A program made the translations under genes and the position numbers. A stretch of DNA of 63,503 nt, counting the filler, from Neolecta irregularis DAH-3 (lineage: Eukaryota): NCBI GenBank assembly GCA_001929475.1. It is 17 parts of 17 records of this genome, joined end to end, with 100 filler letters (N's around TTAATTAATTAA, not from the genome) between each part and the next. Parts side by side here need not be neighbours in the genome. Positions count along the whole stretch, not along the records: positions 6,673 to 16,450 come from LXFE01001483.1; positions 16,551 to 22,667 come from LXFE01001487.1; positions 22,768 to 24,199 come from LXFE01001489.1; positions 24,300 to 25,827 come from LXFE01001491.1; 13 more parts are not named here. One strand, 5' to 3'. The notes beneath the pieces were generated by a model. The model did no database searches. It had not been told where the DNA came from and saw only the letters and a program-made list of their open reading frames with translations. Every line of letters begins with the position of its first letter. Positions within the stretch are counted from its first letter, which is position 1. Positions 12,869 to 25,513 of the stretch are shown here, piece after piece.

Positions 12869-13808
12869 TTCGAAAGAAGTTTGCAAACTCAAAGCCGACA
12901 AAACAACCGCGATTTTTGTGGCTTACCGCTTAAAAGCCTCGAGAAATTCCCTCAAGATCACTCCGTTCTGAAAAGGATCGTGATTGATGGGTCAAGTATT
13001 AATATCTGTTCAAAAGATATGGAGTGAGGTTAAACTATGTTGAAAGTGATTCTTTGGATGTCACGTTTATTCGTTCCTCTTCCGTGCTTCGTCAATTAGA
13101 CAACGGAAATGTGAAACACGAAGGAAAGAATCAGTTGCGTCACTATTCATGGACATGTAGCATTTTGCATGGATCAGAGAAACACTGCAATCAGCTGTCA
13201 CAGCTCTGCTGTGAAATCTTTTCTTGGCATTACCAGACATTCTCATTCTCTGGATACGCGTGAATCCTACTTGTTTGGCTTGTAACTTGCAAGTATTTTT
13301 GAATACTACGTATTGAGAAAGAGCCCTGTGTAATTGATCAAATATAATTAAACAAATTTTAACACCTTGAGTATTCAATAACTCAATAAAATTTGTAAAT
13401 GCAAAAAATGATAATAGGAAGACAATAATTGTCCATCCACCAGGTGCTCTACAAGTCATCCAATATTCAACCCTCAATCAGTACACGAACTACAAAATCT
13501 AACCCTAACCCAGCATATGAGGTACAGCCAGGAATTTGGAAACAGAGTACCTATCCAATTAGAGTGACATGAAAAGCAGACACCAATTAGCCAATGTCGG
13601 TTTTGAGGGAGTATTACATTTCAACCTTTAGTCGGCATAAAGAATTGGCCCAATACTTTTTACACTGCAAACTTAAATTTGCTTAGGAATATAATTTCCA
13701 TTATTTAATTTAAGGAAATCAAGGAAAGTAGCTCTTTTAATGATAAACTAAATGTAAAATAAATGAATCTCTGGCAAAGAAGTCGTCATTTAAAAGATAA
13801 TGGAGCTC

Positions 13809-14967
13809 TTATAGCGCGTTGGTATCCTTGTAGCCTTTATTCGCGAGATAAGTTCCAATGGTGAGATCCATATTCTTGCTTTCGTCGAATTTCGGGCGTC
13901 CTGGACCATACGGGTGTACGAGAGCGTTACCTGAACCTAAGGACAAACCATTACTAAATTCAGAATCCACCGTCTGGAAGAAACTCGGCATAAGAGAAGA
14001 AATGTTGTCATCGGTAGTCATATCAGCCTGGGCTGCTGCCCACACAGAGGAGAGGGGCAAATTGATCACGACCATGATTCTTGCAGTGTGGCTCACGGCA
14101 TACTTACTGGGATAAAAAACTCCGATGAAACAAAAGATGACTTGAGTATCAGACCTGGCAAATTGAATGTGGGAGTATACGTGGCAGAATCATGGATTGG
14201 CATGCCATGATGAAAATCACCTGCAAAGGACCAAATTGTCTAAATCCAAGGTTTCTCCGAGTATGGATAGACTTCCATAATTTTGAGACGAAAATTGAAG
14301 AGAAGAAGCAGATACTAAAGGCGAAGACAACGTTCTTCGATTTGTCCATCCAAGTGAAGTTGCCAGTCCCACTTCCCAATGTGAGAGACCGGTGTATATC
14401 GACGGCAAGACACCACGATGTGACAGCTGTGGCAACAGAGGTAATCACTAAAGTCATCCACTTTCTGATGCTTTTATACGACGCAAACACTGAGCGACAT
14501 TGTAAAACAAGACTAAATTCAATAAAACCGACGACGATCGAGCCTAAAATCGGTATGATACGAGCAAGGTTCGTATCCTTTCGAGAAAGTGTTGTAAAAT
14601 CGTGAAATAGTTGTACTTCGATTTGAAAAGCGGGGCCTGTCATGCTTATGTATTGCATTGCACTAAATATGATTGAACTAATCAGACTGAGTATGTTAAA
14701 TATGTGAACAGGTGTTTTCAGGCGATCTCGTTGAGTTGTAATTAAAAGGACGAACAACACACCAGCACACATTGCGATATGGGAAGTGTATGTTGAGCAA
14801 TTCACGAGCCTAGGAAACACTGTTAAATCAGTATGTCAATTCAGAGGCAGCAACGTACTGGCTTCTTCCAACTCATTCAAAGTGAGAGTAACATTCTCAC
14901 CATGGGGTCCAAACATAACAAGAGGTTGGGAGAGAGGAGAGTAACCGAGTCTATTGTGAGCACTCAT
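13809..14967 (-). CDS. STE2: Ste2/Mam2-type peptide pheromone GPCR, multi-exon
   Basis: Seven hydrophobic segments; KTPVHIFN, RRNLGFRQFGPLQVIFIMACQSMILP and NLPLSSVWAA family motifs; N-terminal YSPLSQPL..NVT. Confidence 0.92.
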
Positions 14968-15458
14968 TGTGGAGCAACAAGAATCGAAATTTGAACGAGC
15001 TGTCTGAGAAGAGGAGCAATTTTACCCAAAAGAAGATGGCGATTCATATAGGGTAAAAGTCAACTAAAAATCAGGGCGTTTGATCAATTTTAAAATTTGA
15101 GCCATATTGACGGGTTTAGGCCATAAATGGCAGTTATACCTAAAAGTTGCTAGAGTTCACAGTAGTGAAACGCCGTTATTGCTCTTGTGAAATGGAGGCG
15201 ATTTTCGTAGCTGGGAAGCTGACACACGTAGGGGGATGCTACACGGTTGAATAGGGCCGAGTTCTGTGCGGCGAGTATTGTGTTTGTTTAAAAATGCACT
15301 TTGAAAGGATAGGTGCGACAACGCCCTCTGTTATTCGTGGGTCATTCGATCAAATCCAATCTATAGAGCAAGCTGACTCTTTCAAGAATCATTTCAGTTG
15401 AAAAAAAATATTTCTGGTGATATTTTTATGAGTCAGCACTAGTAACCTTGCCAGGAGT

Positions 15459-15772
15459 TTGTCGTAAAGAAATACTAAACTGAGAATTTACGCCTAACAC
15501 GTCACTATCGGGACACCTCACTCAAGCTCCCTCCTCCCCCCTTCCTCCACGATTTTCGCTATCACCTGGTACGAAGGTACGAAGATACTCTAAGGAAGAC
15601 AGAGGACCGTCGTCGGAAGCAGAGCCGCGCCAAGCAGATAGGATAGTGAATCGCGAATGAGATAGGTGATAGCGAAAATCGTGGAGGAAGGGGGGAGGAG
15701 GGAGTTTGAGTGAGGTGTCCCGATATTGACGTGTTAGGCGTAAATTCTCAGTTTAGCATTTCTTTACGACAA
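15459..15772. repeat. Long inverted repeat (arms about 15459-15567 and 15664-15772, ~96-bp spacer), MITE/foldback-like
   Basis: ttgtcgtaaagaaat...cgctatcacct is the near-perfect reverse complement of aggtgatagcg...tttacgacaa. Confidence 0.9.
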
Positions 15773-15783
15773 GCTTATCTCTG

Positions 15784-16043
15784 TGAGGGAAGAATTGCGG
15801 CTGCTCTCAGCCCAACAAGGGAAAGGGATCCTGATTGGGAATACAATGTTATCGGTTGGGGCCTTTGTTTCCGTAGGAGGAAAAAGATTTGTGTGGTGAA
15901 ACCTAACCATCCCTGAGGGACGAATTGCGGCTGCTCGCAGCCCAACAAGGGAAAGGGATACTGATTCGGAAAACAATGTTATCGGTTGGGGCGTTTGTTT
16001 CCGTAAGAGGGAAAAGATTTGTGTGGCGAAACCTAACGATCCC
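15784..16043. repeat. Tandem duplication of a ~130-bp unit (2 diverged copies)
   Basis: tgaggga.gaattgcggctgctc.cagcccaacaagggaaaggga...aaacctaac.atccc occurs twice, head to tail. Confidence 0.9.
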
Positions 16044-16645
16044 GATCAAGCCGATTGAATAAACTTTCTTTTATCAGTTCTAATCCTTTTAGAGTTGATC
16101 TTCAAATAATTTCCTTGAAAACCAATGGAAGATTTGGGGTTGAATATCATAATCGCTTCCTTCTAGCACCCCCACCCGGGGGGATGGGATGGATAATGAG
16201 GAGTGGGGTATGAGGAGAGGGGAGCCAGTCGAGGACCGCAACCCCGATCCGGAGGAGACAGAGCTGCTGGGCCGGAAGATGGACGGGTATATAGGCGGGC
16301 CTGGCTTGATGCTGCGTATCATTGTACGAGTTGCTAGTCGCCCACACGACTCGAAATCCATCAAGGATCCTCCCCCGCAAAGTCGCTTGATATCCCGCGA
16401 TGACGGTTGCATCCACCTGGGCCTCGCTTGTCGCGCACCACGACCCCGCCNNNNNNNNNNNNNNNNNNNNNNNNNNNNNNNNNNNNNNNNNNNNTTAATT
16501 AATTAANNNNNNNNNNNNNNNNNNNNNNNNNNNNNNNNNNNNNNNNNNNNTGCTATCAGGAGTTTTATAGTCTGTATCAATTAGATTCAATTCTCTCCAA
16601 TATCCAGATTTTGGACGCAGTCGCTTCGTAACGCGCCAATACATT

Positions 16646-16998
16646 ATGTAGCGGCCAGACTTGCTTACAAGTAAGCAAGTCCAATTCTGCTTTGGACTTG
16701 ATTGCTTGCATAAACAAGCCCCAGGGGTTAATATCAATCTCGCTGAGTGATATTGAAGGTGTCTGGTCTAAATATTCGCTGTGGTCAGATTGCTGGAATC
16801 AATATTGATGATTGGAATTGACATTTCAATATAATAATGGGATAACGGAGATAACTTTTGGTAGATAGAAAATATTCAATGTCTCATTAAAAGTTTTAAA
16901 CTCTAGTCTATCACAAGCAAGCCTACGTTATTGTACTTGCTAATTTTGTTTCCAGACTTGCTTATAAACAAGTACGCAAGCAAGTCTGGTAACGGCCA
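16646..16998. mobile_element. Putative non-autonomous DNA element with GACTTGCTT-rich inverted ends, flanked by the 10-bp direct repeat CCAATACATT
   Basis: ccagacttgctt at 16655 and aagcaagtctgg ending at 16989; CCAATACATT at 16636-16645 and 16999-17008; similar motifs at about 22570, 48500, 59890 and 61835. Confidence 0.6.
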
Positions 16999-17410
16999 CC
17001 AATACATTTGCATCGCCGAAGGTGGACGCACTCCCTAATTCTTCGCGAAGCTCTTCAACTACCGTATTTCACTCCACATTTCTTTCTGCTTTGTATTCGC
17101 CAAACACATGAAACAGATTTAAATAACACATGTTCGCTCTGATATGATCTAGGAATTTGAAATCTAAAGTTATTCGGGTTCTTGTACATTAGTTCTTACC
17201 AGACTGTAGAGGTTGTCAGAGTGAGCTATGGCACTATACGAAAGGAAGGCTTGCATTGAGCAATAGATAGGCGGTTCATACCCGCCAATACTTTGTCCTG
17301 CAAAGTGGCCAATACTTGGCTAGAAACAATAACCTAGTCTTATTCGTATCTGGCAGAGTATATAACGAGCGGGGTTCGGTCTGTCACGTGTGGTAAGAAC
17401 GAACGTCAGC

Positions 17411-18114
17411 ATGGCTGATGATATTGTGAATCAGGCGAACCATATACCGCTCGCTTGTCAACGAGGGTACCTTTATCCCAGGACTATTGAGAAACAAGGG
17501 TATGCTGTCGCTTTGCAGTGTTGACGAAAGGAGGGTATATGAGATTATTCTTGAATCAGCGGAATCGCTGCCCGCCGCCACGTTTTCTCAAATATTTGAT
17601 TTATTTCAGAGGAATATGAAGGAAATGTATCTGACTAGTTCATTTGGATGGGACGAGGGGGACAAGATTAGCGAGATGAGGGAATTTTGCACTAGGTCGT
17701 TGGTTGTGGTTGATACGCGGAGGTCGTTGGTTGTGGTTGATACGCGAGTTTTGGGATTTTTGAATTATCAAGTTCGCAGGGAGAATGGAGAGGCTGTTGT
17801 TTATTGGTACTGTCATTGCTTACTATGCTGATTTAGTTTTGAGCTACAACTTGATGAATCAGTGCGGGGATTGGGAATTGGTAGGGAATTGATGGGGAGG
17901 ATGGAGACTATTGGGAGGAAATGTGGGATTTTTAAAGCCATGTTGACTGTTTTTATTGATAACCCTGCTGTGAACTTTTACTATCGGTTAGGGTAGACTT
18001 GCTGTTGGACGAGCTGATGGTAGATATACGATTGACTCGTCGTCTCCTAAAATCCGGGTATCTCGATCAGGAAAAAAGAATCCGGATTATCTGATTTTAT
18101 CGAAATCAATTTAA
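17411..18114 (+). CDS. NAT4: N-alpha-acetyltransferase 40 (NatD, histone H4/H2A N-terminal acetyltransferase), four exons
   Basis: RNMKEMY..SSFGWD..DK..EM, YC(F)ELQL....RGLGIG, KAMLTVF..N....FY..LG and IDSSSP...Y.ILSK motifs. Confidence 0.88.
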
Positions 18115-18673
18115 TAGACTTTNNNNNNNNNNTCGACTGGGTATATCCTTACAAATACTGTCTAGCTTGCGTTGTGAGAACATGGCTAGGTATGACCGTT
18201 TTATCTCATTAACTCTTAATGTACCGCAATATACACCACTGACCTTGGGGTATACCATTACATTCACCATGTATCTGACCGAATGACATACTTTGAATGA
18301 AAAAGATTATATACATTTTCTGTACCACAACAACGGGGTTTTACATTGACGGCTAGGACATTCATTGTTCATCTTCTGAAGCTAAGCATTTCGCGCTTAG
18401 GTTAAAATATGCTTTATTAATCGAGATAAGTCTCTGGATATTATACGCCTACAATGCCTTTAGCAGAACTTTTTCACTAAATTTAAACAACCCGTCACTC
18501 GGCAAAGCCCTTTCATATGAACTAGGTCAACCCTTTCATGTATTGCAAAAGTGCATTTTTGTCTTTTCACTTGCGTCATCCACGTGACGGCTGTATCTGG
18601 GTTCGTTGATTTCAACTTCACACTTGGATTTGATCCCTACAGAACGCTTATTCGGTATCAATAAGCTTTGTCG

Positions 18674-21600
18674 ATGAGTCGGGAAAGACGCGCAGACCTT
18701 CTCGGTCCGAATGTCAAAGCCTGGGCAGGAGAAAATGGTACGCTCAGAATAAAGTCAGTAATGTTCAATTCGATTAGTCTTCCAGACAGGCACACCTCTC
18801 GATTCGTCGCTAAAAAAGAATACAGCTTTTATCAAAAGACTTCGGACATCAATTGCTCCTGAACATGTGGCCTCGCTTTTGAAGGAAATTCAAACTCTAT
18901 CTCTTGAAAAATATCTTAGTGAGATCGTATCCGGTGCATTGGAGGGTATCTTGAAATGTAAAACGCAAGCAGAGGTAGCTGCAGCTGTCGAAATCATATC
19001 AGCGCTTCACCAAAGATTCACAAAGACGTTTACTCCCCAATTAGCACTTTTGATAGCCAGAGGCCTGGCGACTCCTTCAAAAAGCGCATTAGGTGGACTT
19101 ACAGCTGAACAAAAAGAAAAGAAGGATTCTACCCGACTCCTGCAGCAAAGAATCTTGTTGCGACACGCCACCGAGTTTTGGATGGTTGGGATCTTGCGGA
19201 CCTTGGAAGATGCCGAAGGCAAACCTGCAAAAGCAGACAGTCTGCCTTTCCCATTAGCGGGGCTGCAAGATATTCTCGATCATGACAAGGAATTAGTGGC
19301 ATTACCATTGGTTGTCAACTATGTCAAATGGTATAAAGATGATATTTTCTCTCTTTCATCGACACTTGATACATCCATTCAGAAGAAATTTCGAACCAAT
19401 GTGATAGATTATTTTGCAACTGTATCAACCCATATCTCACGCCAGCATGAAGTAGATTCTCTGCTTTATAAACTGAGCTCATAAGGATAGTTCATTAAAA
19501 AACAGGGAGACCGCAATGACGAGTCATACATACGATCCGGAGAAATGTTTGAAGACAGAGCAGCGGCTTTCGAGAAACTTCAAAAGACCCAAGAAAAGAT
19601 GGTATCATCTGCACAGACTCTTGCGGATATGCTTGAGCTGAAAATGCCTGATCTTACCGAAGCCGAAAAAGCTCATGGCGATTCTACCGGGATCAGGCTT
19701 GGTGGTGGATTGGTTCGCGAAGAGAGTACTTCTGGCGGTATTTGGGAAGACGATGACCAGCGACGTTTTTATACAGATCTTGTTGATATTTCCGTACGGA
19801 TACCACATATATATTTCGAGAAGAAGGGAGAAGTCGAAAAACCTGTCGCGGAAGTTAATCTTGAAGATGAGGGTCTCAGCGATGACGATGAAGAAGCAGA
19901 AAAGTATTTGTGGCCTTGGTCAGAATACTGATATTTTCAGAGAGGATGAAACAGAACACACCAACAGGTCCGGAGGAGCACAAGTTGATTCTCTGCTTCT
20001 ACGACTCGGTGAATGTTCCAACAGAGAATTAATTGACCAAATTTGCCTGGATTTCTGTTATTTGAATTCGAAAGCAAGTCGAAATCGGCTTGTGAAGGCA
20101 AGTGCCAAAGTCTGAAAACCTATTTACATTAGACATTTTTAGAAATACCTCGTGGCCGTATCGATCTGCTTCCTTACTATGCTCGTATGGCGGCGACCTT
20201 GAAACCTGTGATCCCTGAGATAACGAATGCACTGATTACTGGGGTATGTTTTACTTCAGGGGTAACTTTGATTCATTTAGCTCGTCAAAGAATTCAAACG
20301 TCTCCAGCGAAGAAAGGATAAGGATTTACCTGAAGAGAGAGCCAAGAATATTCGGTTTCTCTCGGAAATGATAAAGTTCAATGTTGTTTCGCAGTACGTT
20401 ATTTGGCACTGTCTCAAATTGTGTGTCGACGATTTTTGCCGGCCTAATGTCATGAACATTGTCAATATTTTTGAAAATTGCGGCAAATTCTTACTCAAGA
20501 GTCCTGAAACATCTTCTAGAATGGCGAATATCGCAAGTAGGAAATTTCGGTGGTTTCTGACATATAGGTTGAAATCGTCAATCGCAAAAAGAGCGCTTTA
20601 AGTGGGCATGATAGAGCCCTTCTTGATGGAGCAATTGTCCAGGTATATACCTTGTCTGGTTTGATGAGTAATGTTAGTGTAATCCCCCTGATCGACCAGC
20701 AATAGAGCATAAACAGCGTTCCTTATTAGAACTATATCTACGCAAACTTCTTTACGTTGACCTGTCGCATGATACATATGGTAGAGTTTTGAAACAGTTG
20801 AGGAAGATGGACTGGGACAGTGCCGAGGTATATATCACAAGCTTTTGCTATTCTAAAGGTAGACACGCAGTCTATTATCAAAGTTACTATCAAAACCGTG
20901 GCGTATCAGGTTCACTAGTATTTACGTATTTGCAATGATAGTATCCGGGCTTCATCGCAATTATCACGATTTTACTATCCCATTCATCGACGATCTCATG
21001 GAATCAATCAAAATTGGACTTGAGGAACCAGTTTTTGAGAATGCGCAGAAGCGCGTCGCGGAAATGAAGTACCTTGGAGAATTATACATTTACAAATTGG
21101 TTGATACGCGAGTAATCATGGAAGTTCTTTATATGATCATCAGTCTTGGTCATGGTGAGTTGACGAAATGGTATACTAGCTTACCAAAGACAAAGGGCTG
21201 CCTCAGCCTGGCAAACCTTGTTTAATTGATCGGCCAGGCGATTGGAGCCGTGTTCGACTTGTGTTGGCTCTTTTGGAAGCTTGCGGCATGTGCTTCAACA
21301 GAGGCGTTATGCGAAAGAAACTCGACACCTTTTTGGAGTTTTTTCAGGTAGTCCCAGTTAAAGCTACTGTTGACCGGCCCAGTATTACTTGTTTACAAAG
21401 GAACCAATGCCTTTAGAAATACAGTTTGCTGTTCAGGACACGTTTGCGCCTATTCGTCCGAAATTAAAATTGTGCGAAAGCTTTGAAGAAGCCAAGGCGA
21501 AGCTTGATGAGGTAGCAAATGAACTAGGAGGTCTTGATCATGAAGATGAGGAGGAAGTTGAGGAGAATGGTGATCATATACATAGCGAGGAAGATGAAGA

Positions 21601-22220
21601 TCCTGCCGAGAACGACAACCTTGAATATGATGGAGAAGTGCATTCATCTGTTTTACGTGAGCTGATGCTGGTATAGACGGCCCCTTCCACTGAGATATTT
21701 GACGATGAACAAGTTGTCCTTTTGGATAAGAAAGAAATCGATCCTGCAGATACCGAAGAATTTGATCGGGAGTTTGCGAAAATGATGACCGAATCACTTG
21801 AATCCCGAAAGCATGACCGGAAAGGCATTATCGATGTTCCTTTACCGCTCAAGATGACAGAACCACAGGTCGAAGAAGATGGAAACGTCAGATTTATGCT
21901 ACTTACGAAGAAAGGCACAAAATCTCAGGCAAGTTAATATATCGTATACAATCTGATAAAATAGGCAAAACCTGTTTCCGTTCCGTCGAATTCGTCTCTT
22001 GCTCTTGCAACTAAACAAAAATTAGCCGCCGAGAAGGAAGAGCAGAAACGTATCAAAAATCTTGTATTGCGGTATGAGCAACAATCCGAAGTCAACGAGC
22101 GTAATGGTGTGTAAATCCAGTGTCTGCGTCTGCTGATTACAAGTCATGGTACAAAAGGCTGCGAAAAGCGGTATGAAAGTCACTTTTGGCAAAGCTGGGA
22201 AAAATCGAAAGGATGGATGA
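18674..22220 (+). CDS. UPF2: Nonsense-mediated decay factor Upf2 (three MIF4G domains), many introns
   Basis: LDSSLKKNTAFIKRLR, LSLEKYLSEIV, GIWEDDDQRRFY, DFCYLNSKASRNRL and EFDREFAKMMTES motifs. Confidence 0.95.
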
Positions 22221-22863
22221 TTGAACTATGATCCGAAATTACCGCTTCTGATTCAACCTCCTGACCAGAACCTGGCTTGTATCAACTACGAATTGCAAGT
22301 TCAAAGTTTTTGACAAAGTTAGCGGAGAATCGAGTTCTCAGCCTCGGACTGCGAGGAGGAATTGCGGGCTGCTTTCTACTGGAAAGTCTGCTAATCTTTG
22401 GACCCATAATTTCAAGAAATCCAGGTTTCTTCACATTGTCTGGGGATATCTTCACCTTGCGTTCATTTCAAGTTGCTATCAGGAGTTTTATAGTCTGTAT
22501 CAATTAGATTCAATTCTCTCCAATATCCAGATTTTGGACACAGTCGCTTCGTAACGCGCCAATACATTCTGTAGCGGCCAGACTTGCTTACAAGTAAGCA
22601 ACTTTGGACTTGATTGCTTGCATAAACAAGCCCCAGGGGTTAATATCAATCTCGCTGAGTGATATTGNNNNNNNNNNNNNNNNNNNNNNNNNNNNNNNNN
22701 NNNNNNNNNNNTTAATTAATTAANNNNNNNNNNNNNNNNNNNNNNNNNNNNNNNNNNNNNNNNNNNNGTCAAGACTCTAGGACTTGACAATTAATTATAC
22801 TATTCATCCTTTTGTGATGGCAAATCTTCACGTGACTCGTTTCCCCACGATTATCCGTCGAAG

Positions 22864-23773
22864 ATGAAAGTCGCCAATAGGACCTTTATTGTTACTGGAG
22901 GGTATTCTTTTCTAGGGAAACCTTTGATGTCAGGGCTTCGGGTCTCGGAAAGGCAACTGCTGCAAATTTAGCAAGTCATGGAGCAAATGTTGCTGTCTTT
23001 GACCGAGATATCCCGGCGCCTTCTTCCTCCAGCAAATCAATAAAGTATATCAAAGTTGACGTCACTTTAGAGCAGAATGTAAAGGAGGCCCTTGAACAAA
23101 CTTTATCCTGGATTCAAGATAGCGGCAAGACATTAGGCGGAGTAGTTAATTGTTCCGGGGTGTCTACAGCATCAAAGGTATATTATGGAAAATTATTTGG
23201 CCTAATATGCTAGACAGTAAACCAAGATGGAAGTGTGTTAGATCTTGATGTCTTCGAATACGTTGTGAAAGTAAATCTCATTGGAACATTCAATGTCTCT
23301 CGACTGGTCGCTTCTCGCCTTACTTTGAACAAGCCAGACAAAGAAGGAGAACGAGGGGTTATCATTATGGTTGCAAGCGTCGCGGCTTTTGAAGGACAGA
23401 CCGGTGTTTCTCTCTGTCGGACGGTGATCACTGATATCTAGGTCAAGTCCCATATTCAGCATCAAAAGGCGGAGTCGTAGGGATGACTTTGCCCATGGCT
23501 AGAGACCTTGCGAGGTATGGAATCCGCGTTGTGAGTATTGCCCCGGGACTCTTTGAGACGGGAATGAGTGCTTCTCTTCCCGAGAAGACGAGGAAGAAAA
23601 TAGACGTAAATCTTTGAACCGCTGAGAACTGATAATAGGGCATGTTGGAATTTCCAAACCGTTTGGGTAAACCAGAAGAATTTGGGAAGTTAGTCGAGGA
23701 AATCATTACGAATCCAATGATTAACGGAAACACTATTCGGATTGATGGTGCTTCAAGATTGGGAAAATTATAG
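22864..23773 (+). CDS. Short-chain dehydrogenase, HSD17B10 / 3-hydroxyacyl-CoA dehydrogenase type-2-like
   Basis: [46 protein letters not shown] and [10 protein letters not shown] motifs. Confidence 0.93.
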
Positions 23774-24299
23774 AGCGTTGTTTGAGTCAACCTTGAAACG
23801 TTGATTCTGATATTGAACAGTTTATGTCGCCTTTCTATGGTTCAATTCCTTGTAGCATTTCTGAGAACTGCCTCCTGTAAAATTTACCTGTTATTAATGT
23901 CAAAAGTGGAATCATGACTCTTATCCCTTGTCAAACTCTCAGTCGCGATTATGATTGTGATGGATGTTAGTCAAGTCTAATACATGTTGATTTTTCAAGA
24001 TAAAACTTCTTTAGATACCAGTTGCCTTGGTACCAATAACCGGATAAAGAGTCTAGACGATGACTGGTTTGTAATAAAAGATCTAGATAGTAGGTCCTAA
24101 TTCAACTTTTCAGGTTGGTTCATTCAAACCAATTGAACAGTGCAAGTTAAGGCAAGCTGAAGTCATTGGCAGTTGCGCTAAGCCAGACTGAACGGTAGGN
24201 NNNNNNNNNNNNNNNNNNNNNNNNNNNNNNNNNNNNNNNNNNNTTAATTAATTAANNNNNNNNNNNNNNNNNNNNNNNNNNNNNNNNNNNNNNNNNNNN

Positions 24300-25078
24300 A
24301 AGGTACAGATCGAATGCCTGGTTTTCATTACCAATCGCTCTCCTGTCGGTTTCAGGGAAAAAAACTCAAAAAGTTCGCCGACATTCCAGCTGTGTTTCTC
24401 TGGATCAGGGACTGTTGGATCTTCATACGTTCGATGAGGCCAAGTATTGGGATCATCTGGAGCGGCTTCATAACAATTGCCAAGATAAATGATGTCCCAA
24501 GTATCGCCGTATGGTAGCCTTGGATCGTTTATTACAGTATGAAGACGTTCCGATTCCATTTCTCTAATCTTTTCAGCAGTTTTGGATAACGTATCCTTTA
24601 AATGGATATCCCAGTCTAAGTCGTCCTCTAGTATCAATGCCGTCTATCTCTTTAGCAGAGGTCGCAAGGGTAAAATTGCCTCCAATCCTGAATCCAAAAA
24701 TGCATTCAATGCATTTAAATGGCCTCTCCAACATCCCCAAACCCCATCCTTCTCACCATCAGGCATGTTACGATCAAGATGGCCAATAAGCGCCCTGTTA
24801 TCAATTTTATCGCCGTATACGCCATCAATGAATTCTACAGAAATCCCAGACATGATCGAATTCAGTTGCATTGCATCCCGACGGTCTGTTCTATGTGGAA
24901 GATTGGTACAATATATTTGACCAAATCCAAGGGTTCCATTATAAACGCCGGAGACCTGTAGCGAAGGCTCGGTATCGTATGTTGAAACAATCAGACTTGG
25001 GCGCTGATATCGTAGAAAAAAGAGAAATGTGAAAATAAGAATAGCTGTCAAGAGAAGTCGTTGCCTTGGTGAGACCAT
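24300..25078 (-). CDS. Glycosyltransferase family 25 (type II membrane protein), 3' end truncated by gap
   Basis: N-terminal TM segment; TLGF..IY..NLPHRTDRRD, GCWRGHLNAL, ILEDDLDWD and YGDTWDIIYLG motifs. Confidence 0.88.
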
Positions 25079-25258
25079 TTGTAGCAGCATTCAAGTGAGG
25101 AAATAGAACATGAAACTTGGATAAACGTGCCACGTAGAGCAAAATGCATAACTAAACTGTTTAGGGCTAAGCCCGCTACTCTTTTTTAGGGACTTGTGAA
25201 CTCAAAGCCAATATTGCACGACAAGCACATAATGCATCAGTCCAGTGTATGCGGAGGT

Positions 25259-25513
25259 TTAAGAAAATGTTGGTATACACAAATAATGGCTGAATTGAAG
25301 GTATAGATTGGCTGAACCAATCCCTGGAAACCACGAGCCTAGTATTGACCTTGCAATTGTATGTACCGCCGTTGAGTTATGGGACAACATTGGTATTGTC
25401 CGCAATGCATCGCGGACGTCTGTCCTGTGTGAAAGGTTCATGCAATTCAACTCCAGTGGCAGAATTATGTTACCAATCTTGTAGGTGTGACTTGGAGGAC
25501 CTGGACAAGCCAC
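25259..25513 (-). pseudogene. Degenerate GT25-like fragment upstream of the GT25 gene
   Basis: CMNLSHRTDVRDAL resembles CTNLPHRTDRRDAM of the adjacent gene. Confidence 0.4.

Noticed and set aside
13499..13511. Short CCCTAA repeats (also at ~53915) as telomere remnants
   Set aside because: Only about two units, which is too short to support the claim
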